A stretch of DNA of 64,000 bases from Candidatus Multivoradales bacterium (GCA_965248925.1 CBDFLE010000005.1:1952001-2016000); one strand, 5' to 3'; shown: positions 10,373 through 21,128, numbered from the stretch's first letter. A program made the numbers and translations. Notes: generated from the letters alone by a model not told the origin.

Positions 10373-11854
10373 ATGCCCAACGATTATAGATTTCGAGTTC
10401 CGAGAAGGATCTGTCTGATCATGCTGCCGTTGCTGCTGTGGGTAGCGCCGACAAACGCCGACGGACACATTCACAGTCCGTTGGCAGATCTCGGTCGCGC
10501 ACCGGCCGGCCATCCCCTCGCCAGCACCTCGGCCATGCAGGGTGGCACGTCGACGCTCCTCGTCTTCGAGGAGCACGACTTCGTGAATCCACTCACCGGC
10601 GGCGTCGCGTGGGAAACAAGCCTGAACGCCGACGTGCTCTCGATGGAGTGGGCTTTCGTCGGGGTCAGCGATGTGCTCCCTCTCTGCGCCGGCACTTTCG
10701 ACTGGCCGATGGTCGACGATTTCCTCGAAACCGTGGCGTCTCGAGGGCACCAGGCGATCCTCCGTCCCGTATTCTTCGGGCCAGGCTATGGCCTTGGTAA
10801 CTACGCGCCCGCCGACCTCCCCGTCGCCGACTTCAACTATGACGGCAACACCTTCGACAACCCCCGGTGGGACCTGGTGGCAACACAGGACTGCGTCTTG
10901 AAGTTCATCGACGCATTCGCAATACGCTACAAGAGTGACCTGCGAGTGGCCTACATCCAGATGGGGTTGGTCGGGCTGTGGGGTGAGCACCACCTTGACG
11001 GCGGGCCCTACACGGCCTCCAACTTCCCCTCCGTGGCATTCCAAAAGACCATGATCAGCCGCTACCTGGTGGGATTCGGTAGCACTTCGTCCGACCTGCT
11101 CTCTTCCCTCTCGCTCGACTCGGCCCAGGAGCACGGCTTCTTCGGCACGGCTGACACTTCATTCGACGCCGAGCGAGTCGGTTTCTTCGATGACAGTCTG
11201 CTCATCGCGAACCACGGTGCCCCGGACAACTGGCGGCAGCAGCCTCACCCGGCCGAGCAGCTCTCCCTGCACAAGCGCCACGGGTGGGGCGGAGAGGCTT
11301 TCTGGGAGGGATGCAACGAGAACGGCTCCTGGGTCCTCCAGCCAACCGACTGCGGCAACGGCGAAAGCCTCGGAGCGCAGGCAGAACGCATCGGCCTGAA
11401 CTACATGTTGGGGCACGCTGCCTTCGACAATGGTTTGTACTCCTCCGGGGACCTCCTAGCGGCCTCGCAGATGATGGGTTACAAGTTTACCGCCACGGGG
11501 GCAGTGCGGCAGGACGCCGGCCATCTCGCGATCACCGTCGAAAACACTGGCGCCGCCTATTGCCCGTACAAGGCGGAGGTATGCGCGGAGCAAGGCTGCG
11601 GCGGCGACCTTTCGACCCTCGCACCAGGGACCGACGTTGTGGTCTCCGTGCCCACCTCCGCCTCGGCGTCGCAAGTCCTCTTCTTAACCTCTCCACGCCT
11701 CGACCCGACCGGCCCGTTGAAGATCCGCTGGAGCAACGCGGGCGCAGACGGCGCTGCGGGCACACTCACCGTGGTTGTCGATGCCGCGGAGCTGATCTTC
11801 GCCGACGGCTTCGAGTCGGGCTCGACGAACGTCTGGTCGACCACGACGCCCTGA
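10373..11854 (+). CDS. Secreted glycoside-hydrolase-like TIM-barrel protein (DUF4874/DUF4832-like) with C-terminal IFADGFES motif
   Basis: Signal peptide after ATG 10373. Motifs 'GLVGLWGEHH', 'GFFDDS', 'GGE', 'MGYKF'. Ends 'IFADGFESGSTNVWS'. Confidence 0.6.
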   Translation: MPNDYRFRVPRRICLIMLPLLLWVAPTNADGHIHSPLADLGRAPAGHPLASTSAMQGGTSTLLVFEEHDFVNPLTGGVAWETSLNADVLSMEWAFVGVSDVLPLCAGTFDWPMVDDFLETVASRGHQAILRPVFFGPGYGLGNYAPADLPVADFNYDGNTFDNPRWDLVATQDCVLKFIDAFAIRYKSDLRVAYIQMGLVGLWGEHHLDGGPYTASNFPSVAFQKTMISRYLVGFGSTSSDLLSSLSLDSAQEHGFFGTADTSFDAERVGFFDDSLLIANHGAPDNWRQQPHPAEQLSLHKRHGWGGEAFWEGCNENGSWVLQPTDCGNGESLGAQAERIGLNYMLGHAAFDNGLYSSGDLLAASQMMGYKFTATGAVRQDAGHLAITVENTGAAYCPYKAEVCAEQGCGGDLSTLAPGTDVVVSVPTSASASQVLFLTSPRLDPTGPLKIRWSNAGADGAAGTLTVVVDAAELIFADGFESGSTNVWSTTTP

Positions 11855-12059
11855 GAAGGGATCGCCTCCTTCCCACCCACGTCGCACCGTAGAGAGCCAA
11901 CTTGCGCATGGCAATCGCCAGAATCGTTTTGATTGCCCGCAGGCTCAGGGTGCCATGCACCATCGAAGCTGGACAGTCGATCAGGACACCTGTCATAGGC
12001 AAATACTTGAACTTCTGCGATTTCAGTCACTCGGCAGCGCCTAAAGATCCCGTAGAACC

Positions 12060-12419
12060 TCATCCCCCCTCTGGCAGATCCAGCCCCCGCCGCTCCGCCC
12101 TCTTCGCCATGACATGCTCAAACACCCGAGCAAACGCCCCAAGCTGCGCCAGCCCTTCTTGACCCGCCTTCCTGTCCTTCCCCGGTACAGCCCCGAAAGC
12201 CCGACTCACAGCCACTAGCACCAAGACAAGCCCAAGGTCGATGCCGCCATCGAGCATGCACATATCGCAAACAGCATCGTCATCTCGAAAGCCGACCGGC
12301 CCAGCCCCCGTCGGAACTCCGCATGTTGTGCACTCCTCCCCCGCTTCGTCGGCGATCCGGATACTGTAGAAGTGCTGCGGTTCGCCTGCCTCGGAAGTCG
12401 TCTTCGATTCTGCTGTCAT
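12060..12419 (-). CDS. Small hypothetical protein with two CxxC pairs (possible Zn-binding)
   Basis: 119 aa from ATG 12419 with a GAGGAG RBS upstream; CTTC...CDMC. Confidence 0.45.
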   Translation of the reverse strand: MTAESKTTSEAGEPQHFYSIRIADEAGEECTTCGVPTGAGPVGFRDDDAVCDMCMLDGGIDLGLVLVLVAVSRAFGAVPGKDRKAGQEGLAQLGAFARVFEHVMAKRAERRGLDLPEGG

Positions 12420-12640
12420 GGCGTCGCTCCTCTCGCAAGATCTACTTCGGCACAAGACCCAACTCGACCAGCCGAGCGAGGCCCAACGAGCAGGCTCCAA
12501 AGCGCCTACCCAGCCGAAATGTGAGAGGAGTAAGTACCCAGGGGAGCAGCCGGATGTCAACAGGAGCAGCTCGTAACTGCTGATTCTAGGAGCTTTGCGC
12601 TCCACCTACGCTGTACTACAGCTACAGCGCTTTTTCAACC

Positions 12641-12903
12641 GGTTGCTCATGGGTTGCTCACACTTCAGCACTCACTACCGAGAGGTAAATAAACTATTTT
12701 GAAATCAATACGTTACAGAAACACCTTCTCCCCCGCTTAGGTCTCTGTCCCGGAACCACCGCGCCCTACGCGGCACTACGCCACTCCACGCCAGACTACG
12801 CTAAAGCGTTGACATTCAAGGACTTACCTACTTATGGTAGGTACATGGTCAACACTGGTCTACGCCACAATACTCGTTCACTTGGTTGCTCCACGGTTGC
12901 TCA
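12641..12903. promoter_or_regulatory. Putative integrase attachment region (arm-type repeats and IHF site)
   Basis: GGTTGCTCA-like pairs at 12641/12652 and 12884/12895 (11-nt period). AATCAATACGTTA at 12703-12715 fits the IHF consensus WATCAAN4TTR. Lies directly upstream of the integrase. Confidence 0.55.
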
Positions 12904-12960
12904 AAGCCCCTGGGAACCCAAACGTGGGTGCCCTGGCAAGGGCCTCCTGGGAGGCCAGCC

Positions 12961-13260
12961 ATGAAAGTCCGGATCAACAAACGGGCCGTCGATCTCGCCA
13001 CCTACCAAGGCCCTGGTGGCTGCTACCTCTGGGATGATCTGATGCCAGCCTTCGGCCTGCGGATCTACCCGACCGGCGCCAAGTCATTCGTGGTCAGCTA
13101 CTGGAGCAAGGGACGGCGGCGATTCTTCACCCTCGGCCGCTACGGCCAGATGACCGTTCAGCAGGCTCGCGATGAAGCCCAGCAGGTCTTCGCACAGGTT
13201 CGGAAGGGCGAAGATCCTTCAACGAGTCGCCGAGCGGATCGCCACGCACCGACTGTCTGA
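12961..13260 (+). pseudogene. Truncated P4-like tyrosine integrase; only the N-terminal arm-DNA-binding (DUF4102-like) domain remains
   Basis: 'LWDDLMPAFGLRIYPTGAKSFVVSY...RRFFTLGRYGQMTVQQAR...GEDP...APTV'. Stops at the intron/IS junction; no catalytic domain in the window. Confidence 0.85.
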
Positions 13261-15275
13261 TCGGGTGGCCCCGGGCGGTTACCCACCAGGGGCTCCCACA
13301 GATCCGGACGTGCGGGACTACCGCATCCGGCTCCTCGAATCACAGTTTCGCTACGCGCAGCACCGAGTGGACCGCCACCGGCCCAGGAAGCGGGTTGCGC
13401 TTCAGAAGCCCCTGACGGAACTTCCTCAGCGTCAGACCTGACCTCTGAGATCGGCGGTTGAGCCACTTGAACCAGATCATCTTGACCCGGTCGGCAAAGA
13501 GCGCCAGCGCTATCGAGTTTCCTGTGATGCCGTAGTAAGCATAGTGGCCTCGCAGCTTGAGTGCGAGCAGAGCTCGCTGCCACGGGACCGGCGCATGCCT
13601 ATACCGACGACACCACATCGAGATCCTCTTCAGCGCACGACGAAATCGATCCTTGGCTGTCTTGCGCTTGACCACCCAGTTTCCCCGTCGAGATCGGCCC
13701 CAGAAGTGGGTGAACCCCAGGAGATCAAAGGTCTCCGGGCGCTCGCCTCCCTTGGGCCGTGCTCGATGATGGGGACGCTGGAACCGGACGAGGCGCGTCT
13801 TCTCCGGATGGAGCGTCAAACCGAAACGGTCGAGCCGCTTCGGCAGAACCGCCAGAACTCGCCGCGCATCCTGCTCGTCCGTGAAGACCAGCAGAGCGTC
13901 ATCGGCGTAGCGGATCAGAAACGCCCTACCCCGGAGACGAGGCTTGACCACCTCCTCGAACCACTTGTCGAGCACTTCGTGCAGGTACAAGTTGGCCAAA
14001 ATCGGTGAGATCACCCCGCCTTGTGGACTGCCTCGATCCGAGTGGACCACGCTCCCCTTCTCCATCACACCCGCCTTGAGCCACTTGTCGATCGCCCGTC
14101 GTAGCACTCCATCGCGTACCCTCTGGTCCAAGAAACCTCGAAGGTGTGCGGGCACCAGAGCATCGAAGAAGCCCTGAATGTCCATGTCCAGAACCCAGCC
14201 CCCACCGTGATTCATCAAGCCTTTCCATAGAACGTCCAGCGCCTGATGCGCAGAGCGGCCGGGCCGAAACCCATATGAGCAGTCCAAGAAGTCCTGCTCA
14301 TAGACCGCCGACAGCACCATCGCCACGGCTCTCTGAAGGACTTTGTCCTCGAAGGTGGGAATCCCGATCGGCCGGGTCTTCGACCCATCGCCTTTCGGAA
14401 TGTAGTGACGCCGCACGGGCGGTGCGCGGTAACTGCTCGAACGGAAGCGTTCTAGCAAAGACCGGAGGTTGTCCTCCAGATTCTCCGCATAGTCCGACGC
14501 CGTCTGACCATCCACGCCCACCGCACCGTCCTTCCGCGTTCGCCGATAGGCTTCCCGCAGAAAGTCGACATCAATGTAGTAGGCCAGGCTCGTCAGCACA
14601 CGATCCGGTGCCTCCTGAGCCAGCTTTGTTATCCGCTGAAGTCGCGTTGAGATGTTCCCGAGATCCGATGCTCTCGCCATCTTTCCCCCCAACGGGTCAG
14701 TGATTCGGTGCCCCCTTCCCTCCACCGGGTCCCGTGGGCGGGTTCCCCGGCTTCACCGGTACTATGAGGCACTCTGACTCCCTGTCGTCCATCCCGCCGC
14801 ACTTCGTTGCCTTCGCTTGGCGGTACCAGATTGCGCTTCTCTCGTTCGCTCCCGCGGGGAGCCGAGCGCGGGCTTCCGCGGGCCTGGACTGTTGATTCCC
14901 CGGTGCCCATCAACCGGCGTTTCGATCTGGAGACGACAGGGCCTCCCAGGTTCCTGGGTAACCCTCGTGTGCTCATGCCCTGCTCATCGACCCCGGCAGC
15001 GCCTCTTCCACCTGGCCAAGACGGTGGAGAGATCCTGTCTTCCGCAGAGACAATTACGTCGACCGCCGCAACAACAATTTGATATCGGGGCTCCATCACA
15101 CAGCCTGAGCACTCGCTGTCTACGCTTCGCAGCCCGCATCGCTACGGCACCACGCAAGACTCGCTTCCAGCTGGTGGCCAACCTTTGCTGGGCAGGATTC
15201 CCACCTGCCGGGTTACGTCGTGAGGTTTCAATGATCTAAATCTTGTCCTCCTCACCCAGGCTTGGCCTGGCGCAC
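13260..15275 (-). mobile_element. Group II intron (~2016 nt)
   Basis: 5' end GTGCG at 15275. Domain V 'GAGCCGGATGCGGTAGTCCCGCACGTCCGGATCTG' and domain VI ending ...CCCGAT at 13260. RT ORF inside. Confidence 0.92.
13340..14680 (-). CDS. ltrA: Group II intron reverse transcriptase/maturase (no endonuclease domain)
   Basis: '[14 protein letters not shown]', 'SYGFRPGRS', '[17 protein letters not shown]', 'RYADD', 'FDLLGF', and maturase 'LRGHYAYY'. Confidence 0.95.
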   Translation of the reverse strand: MARASDLGNISTRLQRITKLAQEAPDRVLTSLAYYIDVDFLREAYRRTRKDGAVGVDGQTASDYAENLEDNLRSLLERFRSSSYRAPPVRRHYIPKGDGSKTRPIGIPTFEDKVLQRAVAMVLSAVYEQDFLDCSYGFRPGRSAHQALDVLWKGLMNHGGGWVLDMDIQGFFDALVPAHLRGFLDQRVRDGVLRRAIDKWLKAGVMEKGSVVHSDRGSPQGGVISPILANLYLHEVLDKWFEEVVKPRLRGRAFLIRYADDALLVFTDEQDARRVLAVLPKRLDRFGLTLHPEKTRLVRFQRPHHRARPKGGERPETFDLLGFTHFWGRSRRGNWVVKRKTAKDRFRRALKRISMWCRRYRHAPVPWQRALLALKLRGHYAYYGITGNSIALALFADRVKMIWFKWLNRRSQRSGLTLRKFRQGLLKRNPLPGPVAVHSVLRVAKL

Positions 15276-16010
15276 TGCCTCGCCAATAAAATACCGACCT
15301 GTTTTCTCAACGACTTACAGCCTATAGGCCGGAACGAATACATCTTGCTTGACGGAGCCCGTCAGGGCATGATCGGCCCATGATCCGAGCTTCCTTGGCT
15401 TCCCTCGCTTCCCTATTCCGATCCCGATCTGATCCTCGAGAACGCCGCTCTTCGCCAACAGCTCGCGGTTCTTCAGGGCCAGAAGCCGCGCCGCAGAATG
15501 CCGACGCTCGGTCGACTCTTCTGGGTCGCTCTTCGCCGTTCCTGGCCGAGATGGCGTGATGCTCTGATTCTGGTGAAGCCCGAGACGGTCGTCCGATGGC
15601 ATCGGCTCGGCTTCCGTGCCTACTGGACATGGAAGTCCAAGAAGAGGCGGCCAGGTCGACCGAGGATTGATCCAGAGCTGCGGAAACTCATCCGCCGACT
15701 GGCAGAAGATAATCCGACTTGGGGAGCACCCAGGGTACACGCCGAGCTTCGTCTCCTCGAATTCGATGTCGCTGAACGGACGGTCTTACGATACCTACCG
15801 AAGCCGGCCAACCCCGATGCTGTTGGTCGCTGGATAGTCTTACTACGACAGCACCGCAAAGCGTTGGTCGGAATGGACTTCCTCGTTGTCCACACGCTCA
15901 CTTTCCGGCTACTCCACGTCCTCTTCATCGTCCACCGCGAACGCCGGCGCATCGTCCATTGGGCGGTGACCAGAGCGCCGAATCTGGACTGGATTCGCCA
16001 GCAGCTACGC
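15276..16010 (+). pseudogene. IS remnant encoding a frameshifted, truncated rve/integrase-core transposase
   Basis: ATG 15380 'MIRASLASL..' shifts frame into 'LENAALRQQLAVL', then 'VKPETVVRWHR', 'NPTWGAPRVHAEL', 'MDFLVV'. Homology stops after 'WIRQQLR', before the remaining catalytic residues. Confidence 0.8.
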
Positions 16011-16186
16011 CAGCTCGTCGTCCTCGAACGCCCGGCCTCGGCAGGAGTGGCCCGAAACGGTGACCACCAGGTGATGCGATTTGAGGCCAGACTGCGTTCA
16101 CTATGGCAAACAAACTCGTCTCGGCCTCATCCCGCCGGCCAACCGGGCTGGGCGGATAGGGCGCCGGACCATCAGGAGACATTGTC

Positions 16187-18103
16187 ATGAATGGCCGATT
16201 TACCCCTTGGTTCTGGTTACTAGCGATTTCGTTTTGGCTCTTGACCACGGGAGCCAGCCCGCCGTCGGACGACGAAACTGCCGTCGACCCCAAGAGTTTA
16301 CCGAGCTATTTCCCACCGGCAGCGACTGTGACCCTACAGCTTCTCTCCGCCGACGAAAGTGACGCCAGCGGCAACGTTCTGGTGACCGCCACCCTCGATG
16401 AGGCAGGGCTCGCGGCACTCATCTCTGCGACAGGCCAGCAGACCTTTGCGTCGGTGCATATGAATGACAGCTCGACAGTGCTTCGCGACGATGGCACAAA
16501 CCACGACGCCGTGGCTGGGGACGGCCGTTTCTCTTTCGTATCGGACTTCGATCTCGAGACGATTCACCGCCGGGCTGCGATGGAGATGGAAGCTGACGCT
16601 GCCGGCGCGCTGACCGGCGTCCCATCGTTTCGCGGCCGGCAACTCATCGGTGTCGCCGACCGTGCCCCGTTCGACCTAGAGGGCTTTCTCGCCGGTCGCG
16701 CCGTGCCGATCCAACCGTTCATCGCATCGAGGACCTCGCCCAGTGGAACCGATGATGAATTCCGCGAGGTCGCATATTTCGGACTGTTCATCAGCAACAG
16801 CCAAGAGCTGTACAATCCCGGTGCTGGAGGAGGCTTCGACATGGGCCATCTCGCGCTGGCCGACCCGGAACGAACCTGGGATCCGTGCACACAACAAGGC
16901 AGCCCGGACGGCGTTTGGACTTTCAATCACCTGATGACTCAGATGGCCGGCAGCCACGATCCGGCGGAGTTCGTCGAGCAGTGGATGACCCTCTTCACGC
17001 AAGATCAGCAATCCGCCGCCACCAACTGGTTCACCGTGCCTGCGATCGGCCCCAGGGCGGTCGACTTCCTCGACGCATGGCCCACGACCGCAACGGGCGC
17101 GCTGGATCTGGCACGGTCCCCATTTCGTTTGCTCGCCATCGTACCGCGCGTCGACCTGCGCACCGGATCCACGACCTACGGTGGAGAGCTCAACGCGGGC
17201 GAACTGCGCTTCATCTTCGGTGCCGTCGACTATACGATGAGCTGCGCGCCGGTCGATTTCAGCGTAATCTTGGAGTTCGGGGTACCCATAGGGGACTGCG
17301 CTGGCGTTCGCCACTGGGCGAGCCAATGGCTGACCTTGGACGATGTATTTTGGGGCGGAAGCGATGAGGATTACCTTGCGGCACTCGAAGCGCTGACCGT
17401 TCAGGTCACCATTCAGGGCGCGGCGCCGGGGAAGCCGAATGGAAGCGCGCTCAACCAGTTACGTTCCAACGAGATTTTCCTCAACACCGAAGTCTGGCGG
17501 ATCCGCGAGTTCCATCTCGAGCCGTCCGGCTTTCTGGAGCAGGCCACGACCGCCCAGACACCCGACGTCGACTTCAAGGAGAATCGGCCCGATCACTTCG
17601 ACTTTCTGATCCAACTTCCCTGGCTCGACCCGGTTCCCCTGATCCTGGCGCTTCCCGGGCAATCGGGGGAGAGGTTTCTCGGCGCGGAGGCACTGGTTCG
17701 TGTTCCCGAGCACACCGAGGTGGCCTGGGGAAAAGCGGGCAATCTCGACTTTGCGAACGACCCCGCACTGAATGACGAGCGCCATCGCCGCTCGCTCGCG
17801 ACCTGCGACGGCTGCCACGCGGCCGAGATCGAACCAGGGGCAAACCCCGCTCTTGGCATGAACGCCCACATGGTGGACCCCGAGAACGGCCGGGTCTCGC
17901 CGTTCATCGCCGGTGGTGGCGACTTCGAGCCCAGCGTCCCATTCGTCGTCGAGGACGCCGTCGTGCCGGGAACCACCCGGTCTTTCTATGACCTTCTGAG
18001 GCGCTACAACGACCTTCGTATCCTGGCGGAAAGTCTGTGCCCCAACGACCCTCCAATCGCCGTCGACTTGCTGTCGCTCGATCCAGTCAGCCAGGTTCAC
18101 TGA
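16187..18103 (+). CDS. Secreted protein with a DDG...DG (choice-of-anchor X-like) domain and a single CxxCH motif (putative c-type cytochrome)
   Basis: Signal peptide; 'LRDDGTNHDAVAGDGRFS'; 'TCDGCH' near 17801-17818. Confidence 0.6.
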   Translation: MNGRFTPWFWLLAISFWLLTTGASPPSDDETAVDPKSLPSYFPPAATVTLQLLSADESDASGNVLVTATLDEAGLAALISATGQQTFASVHMNDSSTVLRDDGTNHDAVAGDGRFSFVSDFDLETIHRRAAMEMEADAAGALTGVPSFRGRQLIGVADRAPFDLEGFLAGRAVPIQPFIASRTSPSGTDDEFREVAYFGLFISNSQELYNPGAGGGFDMGHLALADPERTWDPCTQQGSPDGVWTFNHLMTQMAGSHDPAEFVEQWMTLFTQDQQSAATNWFTVPAIGPRAVDFLDAWPTTATGALDLARSPFRLLAIVPRVDLRTGSTTYGGELNAGELRFIFGAVDYTMSCAPVDFSVILEFGVPIGDCAGVRHWASQWLTLDDVFWGGSDEDYLAALEALTVQVTIQGAAPGKPNGSALNQLRSNEIFLNTEVWRIREFHLEPSGFLEQATTAQTPDVDFKENRPDHFDFLIQLPWLDPVPLILALPGQSGERFLGAEALVRVPEHTEVAWGKAGNLDFANDPALNDERHRRSLATCDGCHAAEIEPGANPALGMNAHMVDPENGRVSPFIAGGGDFEPSVPFVVEDAVVPGTTRSFYDLLRRYNDLRILAESLCPNDPPIAVDLLSLDPVSQVH

Positions 18104-21100
18104 CCATAGTAGAGGCCTCCCCGTCGGCCTCGAGGAGCGCGCGGCGGTGGGTGACCACCGCCGCGAGGGATTCGGCCACGGTTCCCCTGGTGGCTGGACT
18201 GTCTCCACGGGCATCGAAATAGCGCAGGGCCCGGCGCAGGCCTTCACGATGCTGGATGCTCCACCGACCACGCCCATCGCGGATCACTTCGATGGCTTCG
18301 AGCACCTGAGGCGTACGCTGTGCCCCGCCACCGGCCTCCGCTTTGATCGCCGCCGCGACCAGAAAGACTGCGGCCGTCTGCCAATGATCGCTGGCGCGGA
18401 CCTCGTGGACCGACCGCAGTGCCTGATCTGCCCTCGTATGTGCTGCGCCATGCCGTCCTTGCCGTGCCAACGCTTCGGCCAGCTTGCTCAGCACCCGCGA
18501 ACGGTCGACTTGGTGCCTGCCGGCATCCTCCGGCAGCACAGCGAGCCCGCGGCGGTACCAACTTTCGGCTTCGTCGACGGCGCCGGTCGAGAGCAGCGCG
18601 TCTCCCAGGTCGCAGCTGGCTCGAAGGCGCTGAAGGTCTGAGCCGGTAGCCTCGCGAATCGCCAAGACGCGGCCGAAGAGGATCTCGGCAGCGGTCCCGT
18701 TACCCAGCTCCAACAACGTCTGTCCGAGGGTGGCGATCGTGGAACCGACCCTGGGATGATCCTTGCCGAACCGCGCTTCTAGTAGCTCCAGCGCCTGGGA
18801 CAGCATTCTTATTGCCGAACGGAGCGAGCCTCGATCACGGTACACCAGGCCTCTAGCCTGGAGCGCATAAGCATAGCCCCCATGGCCGCTTCCCGGCAAT
18901 CGGGAGAAAACGGCCTCTGCATCATCGATCAGTCTCAGGGACTGGTCAAATTCTCCGCGCTGCCGCAGCACATGAGAGAGATTCGTTTTCGCGGTCGCCA
19001 CGACCGGGTGGTCCTCTCCGAGGGCCACGCGAACAATTCCCAATGCCTCGCGATAGCTGGCCTCGGCGGCCTCGAGATCGCCCAGAGACCGCAAGGCTCG
19101 GGAACGATTGTTCAGCAGGCTCCCCAAATCGGGATGAGTCGCGGAGAGCCGTCGCCGGAGAATCCGTAACGCCTGGTCATAGGCGTCGACCGCGGCACGG
19201 GCATTGCCTAGCTCGCCCCGCTGATCGCCCAGGACTCCCCAAGCGTTGGCCGCGGCGATCTGGTCGGGGCCGACCTGCTTCTGGGCAATCGCCAGCGCCG
19301 TTTCGGCCATGGCCATCGCTTCTTCATGGCGTCCCTGCAGGCCAACCGCCTGAGCCAAGCTCAGCAGAGAATCACCGACCCTCGGATCGGTCTCGCCGAA
19401 CAGGCGTTGGCGCATCTCGAGAGCTCGATGATGTTCCGCCTCTGCTTCGGCAAAGGCCCCACGGGCCATCGCCACCAGTCCCTGGCGCTCGATGGTGTTG
19501 GCGAGACGCGGATCGTCACGGCCCTGCGACCCTTGTGCCTGTATCGAACGGGCTCGTAGGAGCTGCTCATACGCGGCGTTATAGTCCCCTATCTGAATCA
19601 ACAGCAGTGCCAGGTCAGAGAGGCTCTCGCCAACATCCGGGTGGCTATCACCGAGGCCCTCCGCCCGGGCGGCTACGGCACCTTGGAAATCCCTCTGTGC
19701 CTCGGTGTAGAGTCCAAGACCCTGGTATGTCTTGGCCAGCGTATTGAGGAACCGACCGCGCAGCTCTGGCCGGTCGGCAAAGTCCTCGCGTACCTGATTC
19801 GACTGACGGTCGAGCAAGTCGCGGGCACGAAGGTCCTCGGCGCCTCCTCGGCCAGGATCCGCAATCTCAAACATCCTTTCGAGAAAGACCGCCACCTGTT
19901 CGGACCGGGTACGTTGTTGGCGCGCCTCGTCGCGCTCTATTCCTCGTTGGCGGGCCATGAGAGCCGCTGCAACTGCCAAGGTCACGATCGCGACGGTAGC
20001 CAGGGCCGACACCGAGCTGGCAACCGGGTGGCGGCGGAGCTGTTTGTGAAGTCGATCCGCCAGGCTCGGCGGGCGGGCGGCGAGCGGCTGGCATGCCAAG
20101 AACCGAGCGATGTCCTCGGCCAAAGCTTGCACCGACGGATAGCGGTCCGGAGGCACCTCGCGCGTCGCCTTGCCGACGATGATGTCAAGATCTCCGCGCA
20201 ACCGCCGCGCGTGGGCGCCCGAGACAACACTGCTTGGCGCGGGTGGCCCAACTGTCGGCAAACTTCCGGTGACGAGCGGCGCCCCTCCACGAAAGTCTCG
20301 GGCACGCGCACCGGTCAGCAACTCGAACAGCAACATTCCCAGAGAGAATACGTCCGATGCCGTGGTGATCGACTGGCCACTCAGCTGTTCCGGACTGGCA
20401 TAGCTGCGGGTCATCGGGCGCGCTTGCAGGGTGGTTTCATCGCCGTCTTTCTCGGCGAGCAGCTTGGCGATCCCGAAGTCCAATAGCTTGAGCTCTCCGG
20501 CCTGGGTGACGAGCACATTCGAAGGCTTGAGGTCACGGTGTACGACCAGATGACGATGCGCGTCATGAACCGCGGCGCAAAGCTGCTGAAAGAGCCGCAA
20601 CCGGCCTCTCAGATCTAGTCCCGCAGAATCACAATAGGTGGTCAGAGGCTTTCCTTCGACCAGCTCCATGACCACGTAGGGAACGCCTTCGTCTGTGGTC
20701 CCACCATCAAGTAGCCGCGCGATATGGGGATGTTCGAAGCTGGCGAGAATCCGACGCTCAGTACGAAAGCGGCGCAGTGCCGCCGCCTCCGGCCGACCGC
20801 GCAGCACCTTGATCGCGACTCGCTTTTCGAACGCCTCGTCCGTTCGCTCGCCGCGATACACGCGCCCCATACCACCCTCACCGAGCGTCTCCACTATCCG
20901 GTAGGCACCGAGTTGACGACCCAGCCAGGGATCGGGTTCCGCAGCCGGCTCGGGTGCTGCGGTACGTTCGAGGAAGCTGTCGTCGATCGCCTGGGCGAGA
21001 AGAGACTCCAGCTCGCGCCGCAGGCTTGGATCCTCGACCTTGGCGAGAAACGCACCTCGCGCGGGCTCCGGCAGCACCGTCGCCCGGTCCCACAAGGCCG

Positions 21101-21128
21101 CGAGTCGTTCCCAGCGCTCGGGCGTCAT
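18087..21128 (-). CDS. Membrane Ser/Thr protein kinase with TPR repeats
   Basis: GEGGMG, VAIK, HRDLKPSN, DFG, YASPE, then a TM helix and kinesin-light-chain-like TPR repeats. Confidence 0.93.
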   Translation of the reverse strand: MTPERWERLAALWDRATVLPEPARGAFLAKVEDPSLRRELESLLAQAIDDSFLERTAAPEPAAEPDPWLGRQLGAYRIVETLGEGGMGRVYRGERTDEAFEKRVAIKVLRGRPEAAALRRFRTERRILASFEHPHIARLLDGGTTDEGVPYVVMELVEGKPLTTYCDSAGLDLRGRLRLFQQLCAAVHDAHRHLVVHRDLKPSNVLVTQAGELKLLDFGIAKLLAEKDGDETTLQARPMTRSYASPEQLSGQSITTASDVFSLGMLLFELLTGARARDFRGGAPLVTGSLPTVGPPAPSSVVSGAHARRLRGDLDIIVGKATREVPPDRYPSVQALAEDIARFLACQPLAARPPSLADRLHKQLRRHPVASSVSALATVAIVTLAVAAALMARQRGIERDEARQQRTRSEQVAVFLERMFEIADPGRGGAEDLRARDLLDRQSNQVREDFADRPELRGRFLNTLAKTYQGLGLYTEAQRDFQGAVAARAEGLGDSHPDVGESLSDLALLLIQIGDYNAAYEQLLRARSIQAQGSQGRDDPRLANTIERQGLVAMARGAFAEAEAEHHRALEMRQRLFGETDPRVGDSLLSLAQAVGLQGRHEEAMAMAETALAIAQKQVGPDQIAAANAWGVLGDQRGELGNARAAVDAYDQALRILRRRLSATHPDLGSLLNNRSRALRSLGDLEAAEASYREALGIVRVALGEDHPVVATAKTNLSHVLRQRGEFDQSLRLIDDAEAVFSRLPGSGHGGYAYALQARGLVYRDRGSLRSAIRMLSQALELLEARFGKDHPRVGSTIATLGQTLLELGNGTAAEILFGRVLAIREATGSDLQRLRASCDLGDALLSTGAVDEAESWYRRGLAVLPEDAGRHQVDRSRVLSKLAEALARQGRHGAAHTRADQALRSVHEVRASDHWQTAAVFLVAAAIKAEAGGGAQRTPQVLEAIEVIRDGRGRWSIQHREGLRRALRYFDARGDSPATRGTVAESLAAVVTHRRALLEADGEASTMVSEPG

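Noticed and set aside
12745-12758. tRNA 3'-end-like CCCGGAACCA in the att region
   Set aside because: No T-arm GTTC motif and too short to support a tRNA call.
13340-14680. RT as a retron, DGR or CRISPR-associated RT
   Set aside because: It has group II intron 5'/3' ends, domain V and a maturase domain, lies about 19 kb from the cas genes, and no TR/VR pair or msr-msd was seen.
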